In this document: positions 24,652 through 37,254 of the stretch, one piece after another
Numbering within the stretch: the stretch's first letter is position 1
Layout: every line of letters begins with the position of its first letter
NCBI GenBank assembly: GCA_950097015.1
Contig: CATNEN010000025.1
Location: forward strand, 1,798,001 to 1,862,000
Direction: 5' to 3'
Source: Macrostomum hystrix
Taxonomy: Eukaryota > Animalia > Platyhelminthes
Length of the DNA: 64,000 bases
Position numbers and translations under genes: made by a program
The notes under the pieces: generated by a model
The model's input: only the letters and a program-made list of their open reading frames with translations
What the model was told of the DNA's origin: nothing
The model's database searches: none

Positions 24652-27600
24652 CTGAAGTTATAAATATCTTTACTAAAGTAACTATGTACTGTACATAAAA
24701 TTAATTATCGCACTCTGTCTCTTTATAAATGTGTTAAATACTATTTAAATCTGCTTTTTATGTTCTATGTGTCTTAGTCCTATAAAAAGTTGTTGGGTTG
24801 TGAGTGGAGACCCAACCCAGTGAACATGAGTTGGGTAGGGCTTTGCAAGTGTCCTGACTGCAAATTAACTAAAGAATCAAACAAGAAATATGAACTACTT
24901 CCCTATAAATAAGATTTAATAAAAATCAAAATAGCTACACTTACAACAAGTAATTACAAGAGCTTTAGTGACAACAGAAAACGATATATAAGGATTTGAT
25001 AGGACTTAGATTACAAGATCCAATTAAGGTTGAATATGTGTTGCTAACACATGGTTAATGTGAGTGTTAAACTAGAATGTTTGACTGTACAATACATACA
25101 CGCGCAACACCCGGCCGAACCGGCCGGGTGAAACAAGGGCCAAGCAAGGTAAGTCGCAAAAACCAATCAACCAAGCGCAAAAAAATAAAAGGGAGGACCA
25201 AGGGACAAAAAAGGAAGGTGTGAAGAAAAGGAAAAGGGGGAGAGAAAAAGAGAGCAAACTAAGTCGTAAATAGAGCAATGAAACAAACTAAGTCGCAAAT
25301 GAGAGCAAAAACTAAGTCGCATGGCCAGCTAAGGTTTGGGAGGTTGCGCATGTATGGTACAATAGCTATATGCTATTCTTCTCAATAATACCTTACAATA
25401 AATTATTATTTGTAACTTATTGTACTGCTAGCTAGTCATATATATAGCTAGTTTGACAATTTGCTAAACATAAGTCACATAGTCTACACTATATATAAAG
25501 TGGTTTTTTTACTTTTCCACAGAGATGCTGATCAGTCCCAATTGGAATAAATGTTGAAAAACAAAAAATATGCTCTTTACAATCAAGTGCAGGTCATTCT
25601 ACTATGCTATGGCATTGCATATGACAAAACTATGTGAATATTTTACAATTTTGGCACACTGCACCACACATAACAAACTCTACAAAAGCATACTGGACAC
25701 TTAGTCTTGGCCATTGAAAATGTGTAAAATAAATTAATTGTTAGTAAAATGCTGTCAAAAATATTTATTTACTAGCCAATAATTCTTAACTACATATATG
25801 AATTAGCATTGCCCACAAACCTTTGTTTAATAATTTTTTTAACATTTTTTCACAAACAAATATATATTTAGTGAGACCTTAAGCACACAAAATGTGGCAT
25901 TGTGGACTTACTGTTCTAAATCTAGCCAGAAAAATATTATATAACAGAAAAACTTATAAAATAATTATTTACTATTATTATTACTATTCATTCAGTCAAG
26001 CCATAAATTAACTAACTATGAATTATAGTTATTATTATTAACTATTAACTATTAACTATCTAAAGTCATTGGCTAAGGAAAAATTCTAGAATCAAATATA
26101 TCATTTGGCTCTTATTTTTCTATTGAGCCCAACTAGATAGGTAACTTATAGCATATAATTTATACAGAAATAAAGTGCATAAACAATTAAAATAGAATTG
26201 TTTTTCACTAAGCAGTCACATTTTTATCTAAACTTGTTTAGCTAAACTTAAAATACAATTAAAAAGTCATAGTATAGTCAGTCAGTCAATTAGAAGACCT
26301 AGGGCAATATTGGCAAAAAACTTGTAGCTTTAATTAAATCAAAAGCATTTTGAAATTAATGTAGACAAATAGGTCTAATAAAAAGATTTTTATTACTAAC
26401 TTATGTTATTTTTGTCATAATTGGTTCACTACTACAGATTAATAATTTTTTGTACATTATGACCTTACACCAAAGCAATTCCTATTAGCAATTAGCATAG
26501 AATATTGCATTCAAAGATATTATTATATTGAATAGATTTAATATATTATAATACAATTATTTAGGCCTACCTTACACTTTACATTAGGCCTAGTTTATTT
26601 TAATTTTATAATTTAGCAAATATTTTGGCAGTGCTTATTATCATGGTACATTGTCAATAATAAGGCCAACTTATCAGCATAGAATATAGACCAATATGCT
26701 CATGTATCATTTATATTATTAATTAATGCCATGTCAATAAGACAATAATTTAAACGCAAAAATAATATATAATTGTTTTAAAATGAATAGGCCTAGCTAA
26801 TTAAAAAAGTAGCTAGCTATACTATACTCAATAGATAGCTTTAAAAAGGCCAGAGCAGGCAAAGCAGCAAGTCTCAAAAAGGCTAGCCTAGTAGCTTCAC
26901 TGAATATAAATTGTATTCAGTAGTAATAGATATTGGAAGTACCTAGACACTTCATCATCTTACAACTTTGTCCTCCAGATGATGATCTGTCCAATATCTC
27001 AGAGGGTGGATGACAAAGAGACTTAGACTTGTGGACACTTTGTCATCTATAAAACAAAAGTTTTCAAAGTTAGAACAGAACCACCTCTCCTCACATCATG
27101 TTGGCACCAATCTTTCAACTCTTATAATGAAACCAGTTTTGACACCTCTTTTTGACAATTTAGAGTGTGAATTGTGTTCACACCACTGCCCCACCACCCC
27201 ACCCTCACTTTATTGATGACGAAACTTGATTGCTTGTTATTAGTAGATGACGAATTGACTAAACTTTAAGGCATGCTAATTGGCTGGATGACGAAGTGTC
27301 CTTCCTATTTAGTTTGCCGATTGACTGCTTCTGAATCGCCCAATCTAGGTGTGCCTACTAAGTATTGTGTTGAGTGTTGTGCAGTTTGGCCCTACACAAT
27401 ACTAAACCTAAGGCTTATTCCCACTTTTCACATTTACATTCTTTTTAATGACCATTATTTGAACATAAAATTGCTACAAGTACGTGAAAAACGAGTTAGT
27501 TGATGACCATGTGGACGAGCCTTTACAATGAAAAACGAAATCAAACTTAATAAAGTGAATTATAAAGAAAGCAGGACTAAATATAATGTGAATAAATTGA

Positions 27601-29029
27601 AAATAACAAAGACGTTCTGGCACAAGATTGTCAAGGAACAAATTCGCAAGTGACAAGTGACTACATATAAGAGTACGAAGAGCTTGCAAACACTAACAAT
27701 AATTCTTACTTTCTTGTAATATTAAAACATTTTTAACTTTTTCTTCGCTAATTTCACGGTTAGACGCCCAGATTTAATTTTCTTAACAAAAAGTTTTGTT
27801 TAACTGTACAAACTTAAAATTTAAATACATTTAAAATTTAGATAACGACAAAATAAAACATCACCTTGGACCACTTTGATCATTTACCGTAATGGGCAAA
27901 TATGTGTCAAGCTTTATTTAGTCAATGAAGAATACATGATCTGCTAAGCATACTCACAACATGTATTAGTGCCTGTTGGCCGGTCATTCTATTCGCATTT
28001 ATATCTTTCGCAATTGGACGTGTAAAGAACGTAACACGTGACACATCAAAGTATGTCACAATATAAACGATCGACACACACAAAAACTCCATTTTTGTCA
28101 AGATAACTTGCATATGCTTTTTGAGAAAGAGCAGAAGAAGTAAGTGTCGTTTGAAACGCATGATAAGTGCCATATTTAACTGATAAATTCGGTTTGAGTA
28201 TGATATAGCGCTACAGCCAGGAGCATCGGGAGTACAGAGCTTCGAAATTCGATTTGGAACTCAGTGTCAAAACAAAATACTATTGTAGGTGGTTTCTCCT
28301 GTTTTCTAAATCAACTTAAATAATATGATAAAGAACTGTCCCCTGGACAGTTATTAGAAGTCTTAAAATATTTAAAACCAGTCAGATTGTTAGCAAAAAC
28401 TTTTAAGTTGCATCAACCAACACTTTGAAGTTTATTTGCCGTCGGAAACGCCATAAAGCTGCAGTGCTTGTCAGTTGTGTCTCAGCCAATAGTTTTAAAA
28501 AGTCCATGTGTACTATACCAACGTTTTTATGGTTTTGCAAATTCGCTTAGTCGGAAATAAATATTTACGCCTTTAAAACATGGAAGCAAAATATTTGATT
28601 GCGCAAAAAATAATAAATCACACATAAATAAAAAGAATGATTCAAAACTAGCATTAAAAAAAAAAAACTAAACAGAAACAAAGATTTTCAGCTATGTCTT
28701 ATCAGGGCGTTCAGGTCTTATAGGGATCTGAATGGAATTGAATTCACCATGACCTTAATTATAGAACATGAACTCTACCGTGATTGGGCTGCATACAATA
28801 TGGCCACCTAAAACCAGGACTCAATTGTCAGCTTTTCTGAGGAGTTTAGATAAAAAATACCCAAATATCCGTATGATAGACTCCAACTATAATAGAGTGA
28901 ACAGACTTGCTGACTGAGGGTCCTAGAAAGTGAGACCTGAAAGTGAGACTGCTCAAATTTGACGGCTTCTGCATGAATGCTTAGTCAAACAGATAAAATT
29001 TCTACTAGATTTACATTGATTTGAATCAT

Positions 29030-29280
29030 GAACTATGGATTTGAGGGGTGTAACCATGGATTTGTGGGGTGTAACCATGGAATTGAGGGGTGTAACCATG
29101 GATTTGAGGGTGCAACCATGGATTTGAGGGGTGTAACCATGGAATTGAGGGGTGTAACCATGGATTTGAGGGGTGTAGCCATAGATTTGAGTGTGCAACC
29201 ATGGATTTGAAGGGTGCAACCATGGGTTGTAGAGGTACAAGTATAACAACCATGGATTGTAGAGGTACCATCTTGGATTT
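29030..29280. repeat. Minisatellite, 21 bp unit ATGGATTTGAGGGGTGTAACC
   Basis: About 11 copies. Confidence 0.92.
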
Positions 29281-29865
29281 GAGCTCATGATCAGTTCCAA
29301 ATAGCTTAGGTTGGTTCGGGACTATGGACTATGAGCATGCATACGCTATTATATGAGGTGTCGCTTAGGCCGGGTTATATTAAGCTGGCTGAAAAATAAG
29401 CAATAGCGTGTTATTATATAGAAACCCTGCAGAAGTTTATAGAAAGTTTACGTGCTGTAAGAACAGTCAGACAGGCACTAACAGGTAGTCATGCACTGAG
29501 AAAAATATTTTTTGTCTATTTACAAAAAAGCGCACAATTATTGTTATCTACAATTTATCTGAAACTTTACAACAAAAAGAAACAGTTAGCATTCATTGTA
29601 CATACATTTTCGAACAAAAATACATTTGATCTACTTTGGCTACAACTCCAAAGTATAAAAACTTCATACAACGCACTTGCTATTATATGACCAGGGCGCA
29701 CCATTTTCAGTGATTCTTATAGAAGTCATATAGCTGTGGATATTGGAACTACATAATAAGCATTAGAATTTAGGGCATAGGCTGAAACCTTTCTTGCACA
29801 GATAAATTGCCAGTAAATGGCAAAGCAAGCAGTCGAGATTTCGCAATCTTTGGAAATGTCGAAGA

Positions 29866-32800
29866 TCAGCAGCCTCGGCAGTTTATCAGGCGGAGGATGG
29901 CTCGACCGAACAGCAGAACTGACAGCACAAATGCAATGGACGCGACCACCTTATTTGGCTCCTGGATGGCATTGTCCTGGCGTCAAATAAAGGGTATGGA
30001 AATCGCTAAACTTTCAATTAAAAAGCAACTATTGCTACTGCGAGTAGAGCAATAAGCAACTGCAAGCATAGCATAGGCTGGCCTTCACCGACTGGCTAAA
30101 TATAGCGGGCGGTTTCCACGTTTAATTCTCTCTCCCTTTTCAAGCGCAAGAACGCCTTCCGAGCGGTTCCAAAAGAAGTGACTCACGCGCGCGCACTACG
30201 TCTCGCCACTCATTTTCCGACTGGCAAATGAGCTTAAAAATAGACATTACGTACAGAACTATTTGCAGCATGATTTGCGACTCTTTTTGTTTTAAGATTT
30301 TGCGTTTGTCTAACGGTGAAGCGTCTCTCACTCATTCTTACCTTTAAGAAAAAAAGTTGACGATCATGTTTTTAAAGGGGCGCCTTTTTATTTCAAATTC
30401 GCGCGCGCGGTGCAGCTTAGATAAACTTTGGGTGCAATGTCAAGATTTTGCGCATGCTTTACAACATCTTATAAATGGGGGCCCCATAAGACCTTCTGGT
30501 ACAGTTGCGGTGCCGACACCTGGGCGGCATGATTCATTTCCTCGGGAATTTATTTTGCCGGGTGGAGGGCTAACAGGAAATAGGCAATATTTAGGCAGGA
30601 CAGGGAGGAATTATGGATTAGGAAATTATCGAAAATATACGGCGACTTGTAGATTGTACCGAGGGCTTTTATTACTGAGGTTTAGACTATAGGTACCATA
30701 CAATGTGTTACCTCCGCATTATAGATTATCCTATGTTGGCTTAAAAGTATCCGATTAGGACCAAGAGTGCTATGACTTACTTTTTACGAAAAGAAAACCT
30801 CAGCTGATACATTAACAGAAAACAGTGATTTCACAGAAACTAACGGTAATTAGTACTTTCGGAAATGGCCTTCAAAACTGCAAGGTGCAATTTCAGTCAG
30901 AAAAAGTTTTTTAGCTGGCAGAGCATGCAGATTAAGATTAAGACTGCAAAACCCCAAGAAGAGCATAGTTGAGTCAGTGAGATATGACTTGTGGAGGCAA
31001 GATAATTATGTGACCCGGTGTCCTGGCCCACACCAAACAGAAGGCCAGAGATCAATGTGTGCGGGCCACTTTTATTTCACCTATGTAGAAATAGGTAAAG
31101 AGAGATTAGACTGCTATATAACACTTCTCGTGGCTCAGCAGTTTGCTTTAACTATAGTAAGGGGGTCCTCAGCTAGTCGTTTATACTAAAATTTCAACAC
31201 GGCTTGGCGAGGGATTCTCTGCCAAAAAATCGCTACCATGTAGGTCCAGTGTCACGTAGACAAATCATTGTTATAGACTCATATAGTGGGACATTTTAGA
31301 GACTACTCAAACAAACACGACAGGAAAGTGAGGTAGGCTTGTGTTTTCTGTTAAAATTTGACAGACAATTTTTCGACTTACCTACCAGATGTTTTAGGAA
31401 ATGGTGACATTTATAGCATAGTGTTCACAATTGCTCAAACATTGTTTCATGCTCATCATTAGAAATTAAACTACGATAAAAACTTTTTGTTTAATTAAAC
31501 TGCTTGTTGATTTCTGTGGACCTAAGCGGGTCCGACTCTAAAGGGTCGACTCAGGCTAGTTCGCAGATATAAGGACAAACTGCCCGTCGGCACCCCTGAA
31601 CTCACCCAGCCACCGGCCCTGACAACCCAGGCTGAGACTGTCCGACGAAAATAGTCCAGCGACCAGTTGAGCACCTGGCAGAAGGCCAGACGGTCCGAGG
31701 ACTCGCTGGCTGACAGGGCTAGCTGGGTGCAGAACAGCAGGACGCTTCCGATGCGGGCTCGATGATCGCCGGCTCTGTGCTGCTCTGCGACTTCAGTCAC
31801 GTGACGCTCGAACTGACTTCGGTTCATGCTCTGCAGGCTCACCTGGCGATCAATTATTGATATTGAATTTATTTTTTTCTAATGATTTAAGAACGACAGC
31901 AAAGGACGAAATTAAAGAATTGTTTGTAGAAGGATGTATAGAAGCCCTCTAAAAGCCTTCTGATAAGGCCATCATACACGAATGGTGTTATTCATTATCA
32001 ATGCGGGACTCTCTTTTACAGCATGTTTTGTTATTTTAGTAGGCCCAGTAGTTGTAGCTTCCCAGTTCGCTTCTCAGCCCGAGGGAATCAATTTGTGTCC
32101 TTGATCAAGACAGTTAACTCTTGGTACGAGCTCTGCAGCTGGGCTATAGAAATTAGGGTGGTTTTAGTGGCCTCCCCAGTCCACGGACTGAATAGCTAGC
32201 TGTACACCGTCTTTGGAAGCGCGGCTGTGCCACTGGCTGTACATCTGACCCACCTGTACATCATTTGGGTCGTAGTTGAAAACTTCTATCTATCTATTAA
32301 GGACAGTTAAGGACAGCTGTGCCATATACTCAGCTTTTTACTGCAGAATACTACGAAATTAATAGTTTCACGTGTCAGTTTGATCGTTTGAAATTGTTTA
32401 TTTTGTTTATCCTTGAGCAAGTACTTGCTGTTAGTTTAAACTGCACCTTTTCTGATGTACACAAATATGGTTAATTATAAGCGTAGATATCAGAAAAAGT
32501 TAAACTGTTTATATCGATGCGCAAATGGCTATATTAATGTGTTCGCAAGAGGAGGCATTCAGTTTGCAATGTTTATAAAAAAAAGCACACAGCTTATACT
32601 GTGGGAACCGATATATGTATTTATACTCGTAGAAGCTGTTTATGAAGACTAAAATGACAGCTGACTTAGACTTACCTATCAATGACACTGAGCTGAACGA
32701 AGTGCAAGCAAAAGCTAGTCTATTTATGTACTCTAATCTGGCTCCTACTGGCAATAGAAAGTTCATTGTAGGAAATTACTCTGCAGAAAAAGAAACGAGG

Positions 32801-35800
32801 GCCAAGGAAAAATTAAATTTAAACTTTACATTTTCGGCACCGATTTAAGCAAATTATCTGGCCATAGATTTCGGGGGAAAAATTCTGGGGATTTCGGAGG
32901 GGGGAAATCCTCAATTTCGTACAGGCATAAATCTAAAATTGTGAAAGGCAATAAATCTTCAATTTCGAAGACCGATAAATCCTAAATTTCGAAGTGGGAT
33001 AAATCCTCCATTTCTGAGAGGGACAAATCCTCGATTTCGGAGAGATAAATCCTAAATTTCGAAGTGGGATAAATCCTCCATTTCGGAGAGGGATAAATCC
33101 TAAATTTCGAAGTGGGATAAATCCTCCATTTCTGAGAGGGACAAATCCTCGATTTCGGAGAGATAAATCCTCGATTTCGGAGAGGGATAAATCCTCAAAT
33201 TTCGGAGAGGGATAAATCCTCGATTTCGGAGAGGGATAAATCCTCAAATTTCGGAGAGGGATAAATCCTCGATTTCGGAGAGGGATCAATCCTCAAATTT
33301 CGGAGAGAGATAAATCCTCGATTTCGGAGAGGGATAAATCCTCAAATTTCGGAGAGGGATAAATCCTCGATTTCGGAGAGGGATCAATCCTCAAATTTCG
33401 GAGAGAGATAAATCCTCGATTTCGGAGAGAGATAAATCCTCGATTTCGGAGAGGGATCAATCCTCAAATTTCTGAGACAGATAAATCCTCGATTTCGGAG
33501 AGGGATCAATCCTCAAATTTCTGAGACAGATAAATCCTCGATTTCGGAGAGGGATCAATCCTCAAATTTCGGAGAGAGATAAATCCTCGATTTCGGAGAG
33601 GGATCAATCCTCAAATTTCGGAGAGAGATAAATCCTCTATTTCGGAGAGGGATAAATCCTCGATTTCGGAGAGGGATAAATCCTCGATTTCGGAGAGGGA
33701 TAAATCCTCAAATTTCGGAGAGAGATAAATCCTCGATTTCGGGTAGGGATAAATTCTCAAATTGGGAGAGGAAAATATCCACAGCTTCGGAATAGGATAA
33801 ATTCTAAATTACTGAGTGAGTAATAAACTAGTCATTCTCGGAATGAGATCACCTGCTATTCGGGACTGAGTTCTTATTTAATGAAATGCATTAATCTACG
33901 ATGGATTTGCGTATGCATTAAAAATTTTGATGCAATTTCATTAAACATACCGGTTTCAAAAGTAATGCCATACGCTTGTATGACATGACATGCACACAAC
34001 AGATATGTTAAATTAGAAAGCTAAATTGCTTTTATCACTTTACGCGGCTTTGAGTTGTCGATTGCGCAATTTGACTACCTGCCTAAACTAGCAGAAAACT
34101 CGACAATGAGAACCCCATGTAGGCCAATCAAGTGGCTGACCCCTTCTGTGACCTCAACTTCACCTACATATCTGGCTAAGCCGAATGCATCATTCCTATT
34201 TAATTTAGCGCACGCCGTTTAAAAGGGCCCGGATTGAGTTCTTAATTTAAGCTTTATTAGGCCGATTGAATTAGCCATTATTAAGACATGAGTTCAGTAG
34301 CATTGTGGAAGCTGAAAATGTCTAATTGACCCGGTCACGACCCGTGGACTGAAGAGGCAGCCACACACACCAACATGTATTCCCCAGTTTACTGTCTATC
34401 TCCAACGAGTCAAATACATAAATAAGCTTATCTTGCAGGCTCAGAATCGAACTCCTGACCTTTCAGTCGAAAGTCAGAAACAGTTCTATTATCGATTCTC
34501 TATTTAGACGATTTAAGGATAATTATGACAGGATAATTAGTTTGCAACTCACCCGTTTGGCTCGTCGAATCACCACCAGACCGTGTTTCGTAGAACGCAT
34601 CTCGGTGGAGATAGTCGACATGACCGATGCAATATTGAGACAGCGCGGACAACGCTCAGCTGAATCAGTTGAACTGCTGTCTCTAAATAGGATGGCATAG
34701 GCCATGGAGCTATGAGATTGCTTGGGACACAGAACTCCCTAATTTTGCGGACTATTATATAGGCCTACTATAGCTGTCCCACATATATGCACAAGTTTCA
34801 GATTTAATTTATAGAATTGTCAAAATCTCTCCCGCGTCTCCTCTCTCCCCTGTCTCATCTCTCTCCCCTGTCTCATCTCTCTCCCCTGTCTCATCTCTCC
34901 TCTGTCTCCTCTATCCTCCGTCTCATCTCTCCCGTGTCTCATCTCTCCCCCGTCTCATCTCTCCTGTCTCATCTCTCTCCCCTGTCTCATCTCTCCTCTG
35001 TCTCGTCTATCCTCCGTCTCATCTCTCCCGTGTCTCATCTCTCCCCCGTCTCATCTCTCCTCTGTCTCATCTCTCCCGTGTCTCATCTCTCCTCTGTCTC
35101 ATCTCTCCCGTGTCTCATCTCTCCCCCGTCTCATATCTCCTCTGTCTCATCTCTCCCGTGTCTCATCTCTCCCCCGTCTCATATCTCCTTTGTCTCATTT
35201 CTCCCCTGTCTCATCTCTCCCCCGTCTCATCTCTCCTCTGTCTCATCTCTCCTCTGTCTCATTTCTCCCCGTCTCATCTCTCCCCCGTCTCATCTCTCCT
35301 CTGTCTCATCTCTCCCGTGTCTCATCTCTCCCCCGTCTCATATCTCCTGTCTCATCTCTCCCCCGTCTCATCTCTCCTTTGTCTCATTTCTCCCCTGTCT
35401 CATCTCTCCCCCGTCTCATCTCTCCTCTGTCTCATCTCTCCCGTGTCTCATCTCTCCCCCGTCTCATATCTCCTTTGTCTCATTTCTCCCCTGTCTCATC
35501 TCTCCCGCGTCTCATCTCTCCTGTCTCATCTCTCCCCCGTCTCATCTCTCCCGCGTCTCATCTCTCCTGTCTCATTTCTCCCCTGTCTCATCTCTCCTCT
35601 GTCTCGTCTATCATCCGTCTCATCTCTCCCGTGTCTCATCTCTCCCCCGTCTCATATCTCCTCTGCCTCATTTCTCCCCTGTCTCATCTCTCTCCCGTCT
35701 CATCTCTCCCCGTCTCTTATCTCCCCGTCTCATCTCTCCCCGTCTCATCTCTACCGCGTCTGTTTGATGGGGTTGATGGGAACACTCACAAGGCCTCGAT

Positions 35801-36160
35801 CATCTGGTCGGACTGTTCAGCGCCGAGTTGGGCTGCTGACAATGCCATTCGGAAGCATTGGCGCAACACCAGCTGAGACTCATGCTCAATGCGGTGCACC
35901 TGGCGAATGCTGTTAGACCTGCTGAATTGGGGACCGCTTGTTGTAGCATCGGCAGTGAAATCAATTGCGTGCGACTCGTGCGGAATCTCCAAAGCCAGAT
36001 CGAATGTCACGGAGCTGCTGGTCGATGCCGAATTTCGGCTGCGCGATCTTCGCCGAGCTAGTAGGCCGCTTGTGGAGTTCGATGTTCTCATGATGGAGCG
36101 TCCTGCTCCAGCGGCAGGGGCAGCGGACGATGTTGGAGAAGGAGATGAAGCTGTTGCCAT
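29866..36160 (-). CDS. Divergent multidomain Bcl-2 family protein, 282 aa, tail-anchored; exons 35790-36160, 34553-34682, 31606-31842, 29866-29976
   Basis: Four exons total 849 nt in frame (donors GTGAGT x3). BH2-like YFRRTVSAWVVRAGGW|DN has a phase-0 intron right after GGW, as in vertebrate BCL2/BCL-XL. BH1-like DHRARIGSVLLFCTQLA; BH3-position IASVMSTISTEM; C-terminal TM VVASIAFVLSVLLFGRAIL followed by basic residues. Confidence 0.8.
32060..32265 (+). mobile_element. SINE family B copy (CORE-like centre), in the Bcl-2-like intron
   Basis: TTTGTGTCCTTGATCAAGACAGTTAACTC...CAGCTGGG...CCCCAGTCCACGGACTGAA...GCGGCTGTGCC.CTGGCTGTACATCTGACCC is colinear with the copies at 51990-52265 and 58580-58865. 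Confidence 0.6.
32870..33800. repeat. Intronic minisatellite, 24/25 bp unit GGATAAATCCTC(G/AA)ATTTCGGAGAG
   Basis: About 37 copies in Bcl-2-like intron 2. Confidence 0.95.
34830..35755. repeat. Pyrimidine-rich ~16 bp minisatellite (GTCTCATCTCTCCCCT) filling Bcl-2-like intron 1
   Basis: Directly visible; explains ORFs 34817..35767, 35110..35916 and 35190..35876. Confidence 0.95.
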
Positions 36161-37254
36161 TTTATTAGTCTGGTAGAATTGGGCCACTCTCGCTGCTGAT
36201 TTTAATTTTTAACGCTCTGGAAAATCAAGATAGTTCTGCTCCTAATTTGCTGCTGCCGTTTTCTCTTCTCTCTTTTGAACAGTTTTCGGGTTGGTGGCTT
36301 TATATACATATCAAATTTAGGCCCATGTCTAGGGACGCTCAGATTGACGCTCTTGTACTGTAGGAGGAGGTGGGGTTGGTGGACACTTGTTTTGTCGGGG
36401 CACCCGGCGGCGACCTCCACCCCATCTCCTCTGCGATTCTATTTTTAGAATAGCGTAAAAACCCTCTCCGAGCTCGCGCTCTCTCTGCGTACGCGCATAT
36501 TTTGAGTTCGTCCAACCAATGAGAGACGATGGGGGTTCGGCTTTCAAAGGTCCCGCAAGTTTCAGATGAGCGTGGGAAATGTCTCTTAGGTGTCGCCCGG
36601 AGGAAAGGAATTTTAAAGGCCTTGACCCGAAATCAACCCTGATTTTCGAGAGGGTGGGGTTGGGAGCAGACGGGGTGACTTTTTATTTTAAAAAATACGA
36701 GCATGTCACAGACACAGCAGGTTTGGATAATTTGGCCAAAGCTAAGCACTTAGTACTATAATAATAAATATGATTATTTACATGCTGGGATGGGTCACAG
36801 ACCCGTCTCGTTCTCCGCTAGTTGAAAATACAATAATGTTTTCCGTTCTCTTAGACCAGGCCGGCTTTGTCTGGGGACAAGGCAGCACAGGAAGACTGTC
36901 TGACTGAGGCCACACGGAAAACATTATAAATGATGGTAATTTGGGACGAAATTTTGGGGAACCTTCAACAACGAAACCGTAAATAAAGATAAGGGCAAAC
37001 GAGATATGCCTCCCGCTGTCTTGAATTCCTTGTCTATTCGGAACAGTTATTAACACAAAAGCAAGGAGACTGGAGTCAAATATGTCAATAAAGGTCAAGA
37101 TGAGCCCAGCATGAGACCGTACAGATTTTTTTGTTTTCAGACGAATATACGAACCGATTTTTGCAACTTATTGAATTAAGATTGATTGAAGTTGAAGATG
37201 CGACTTGAAATTGCTGATTAAAAATGTAAACAGTTTTCATGAAATTCAGTTATT

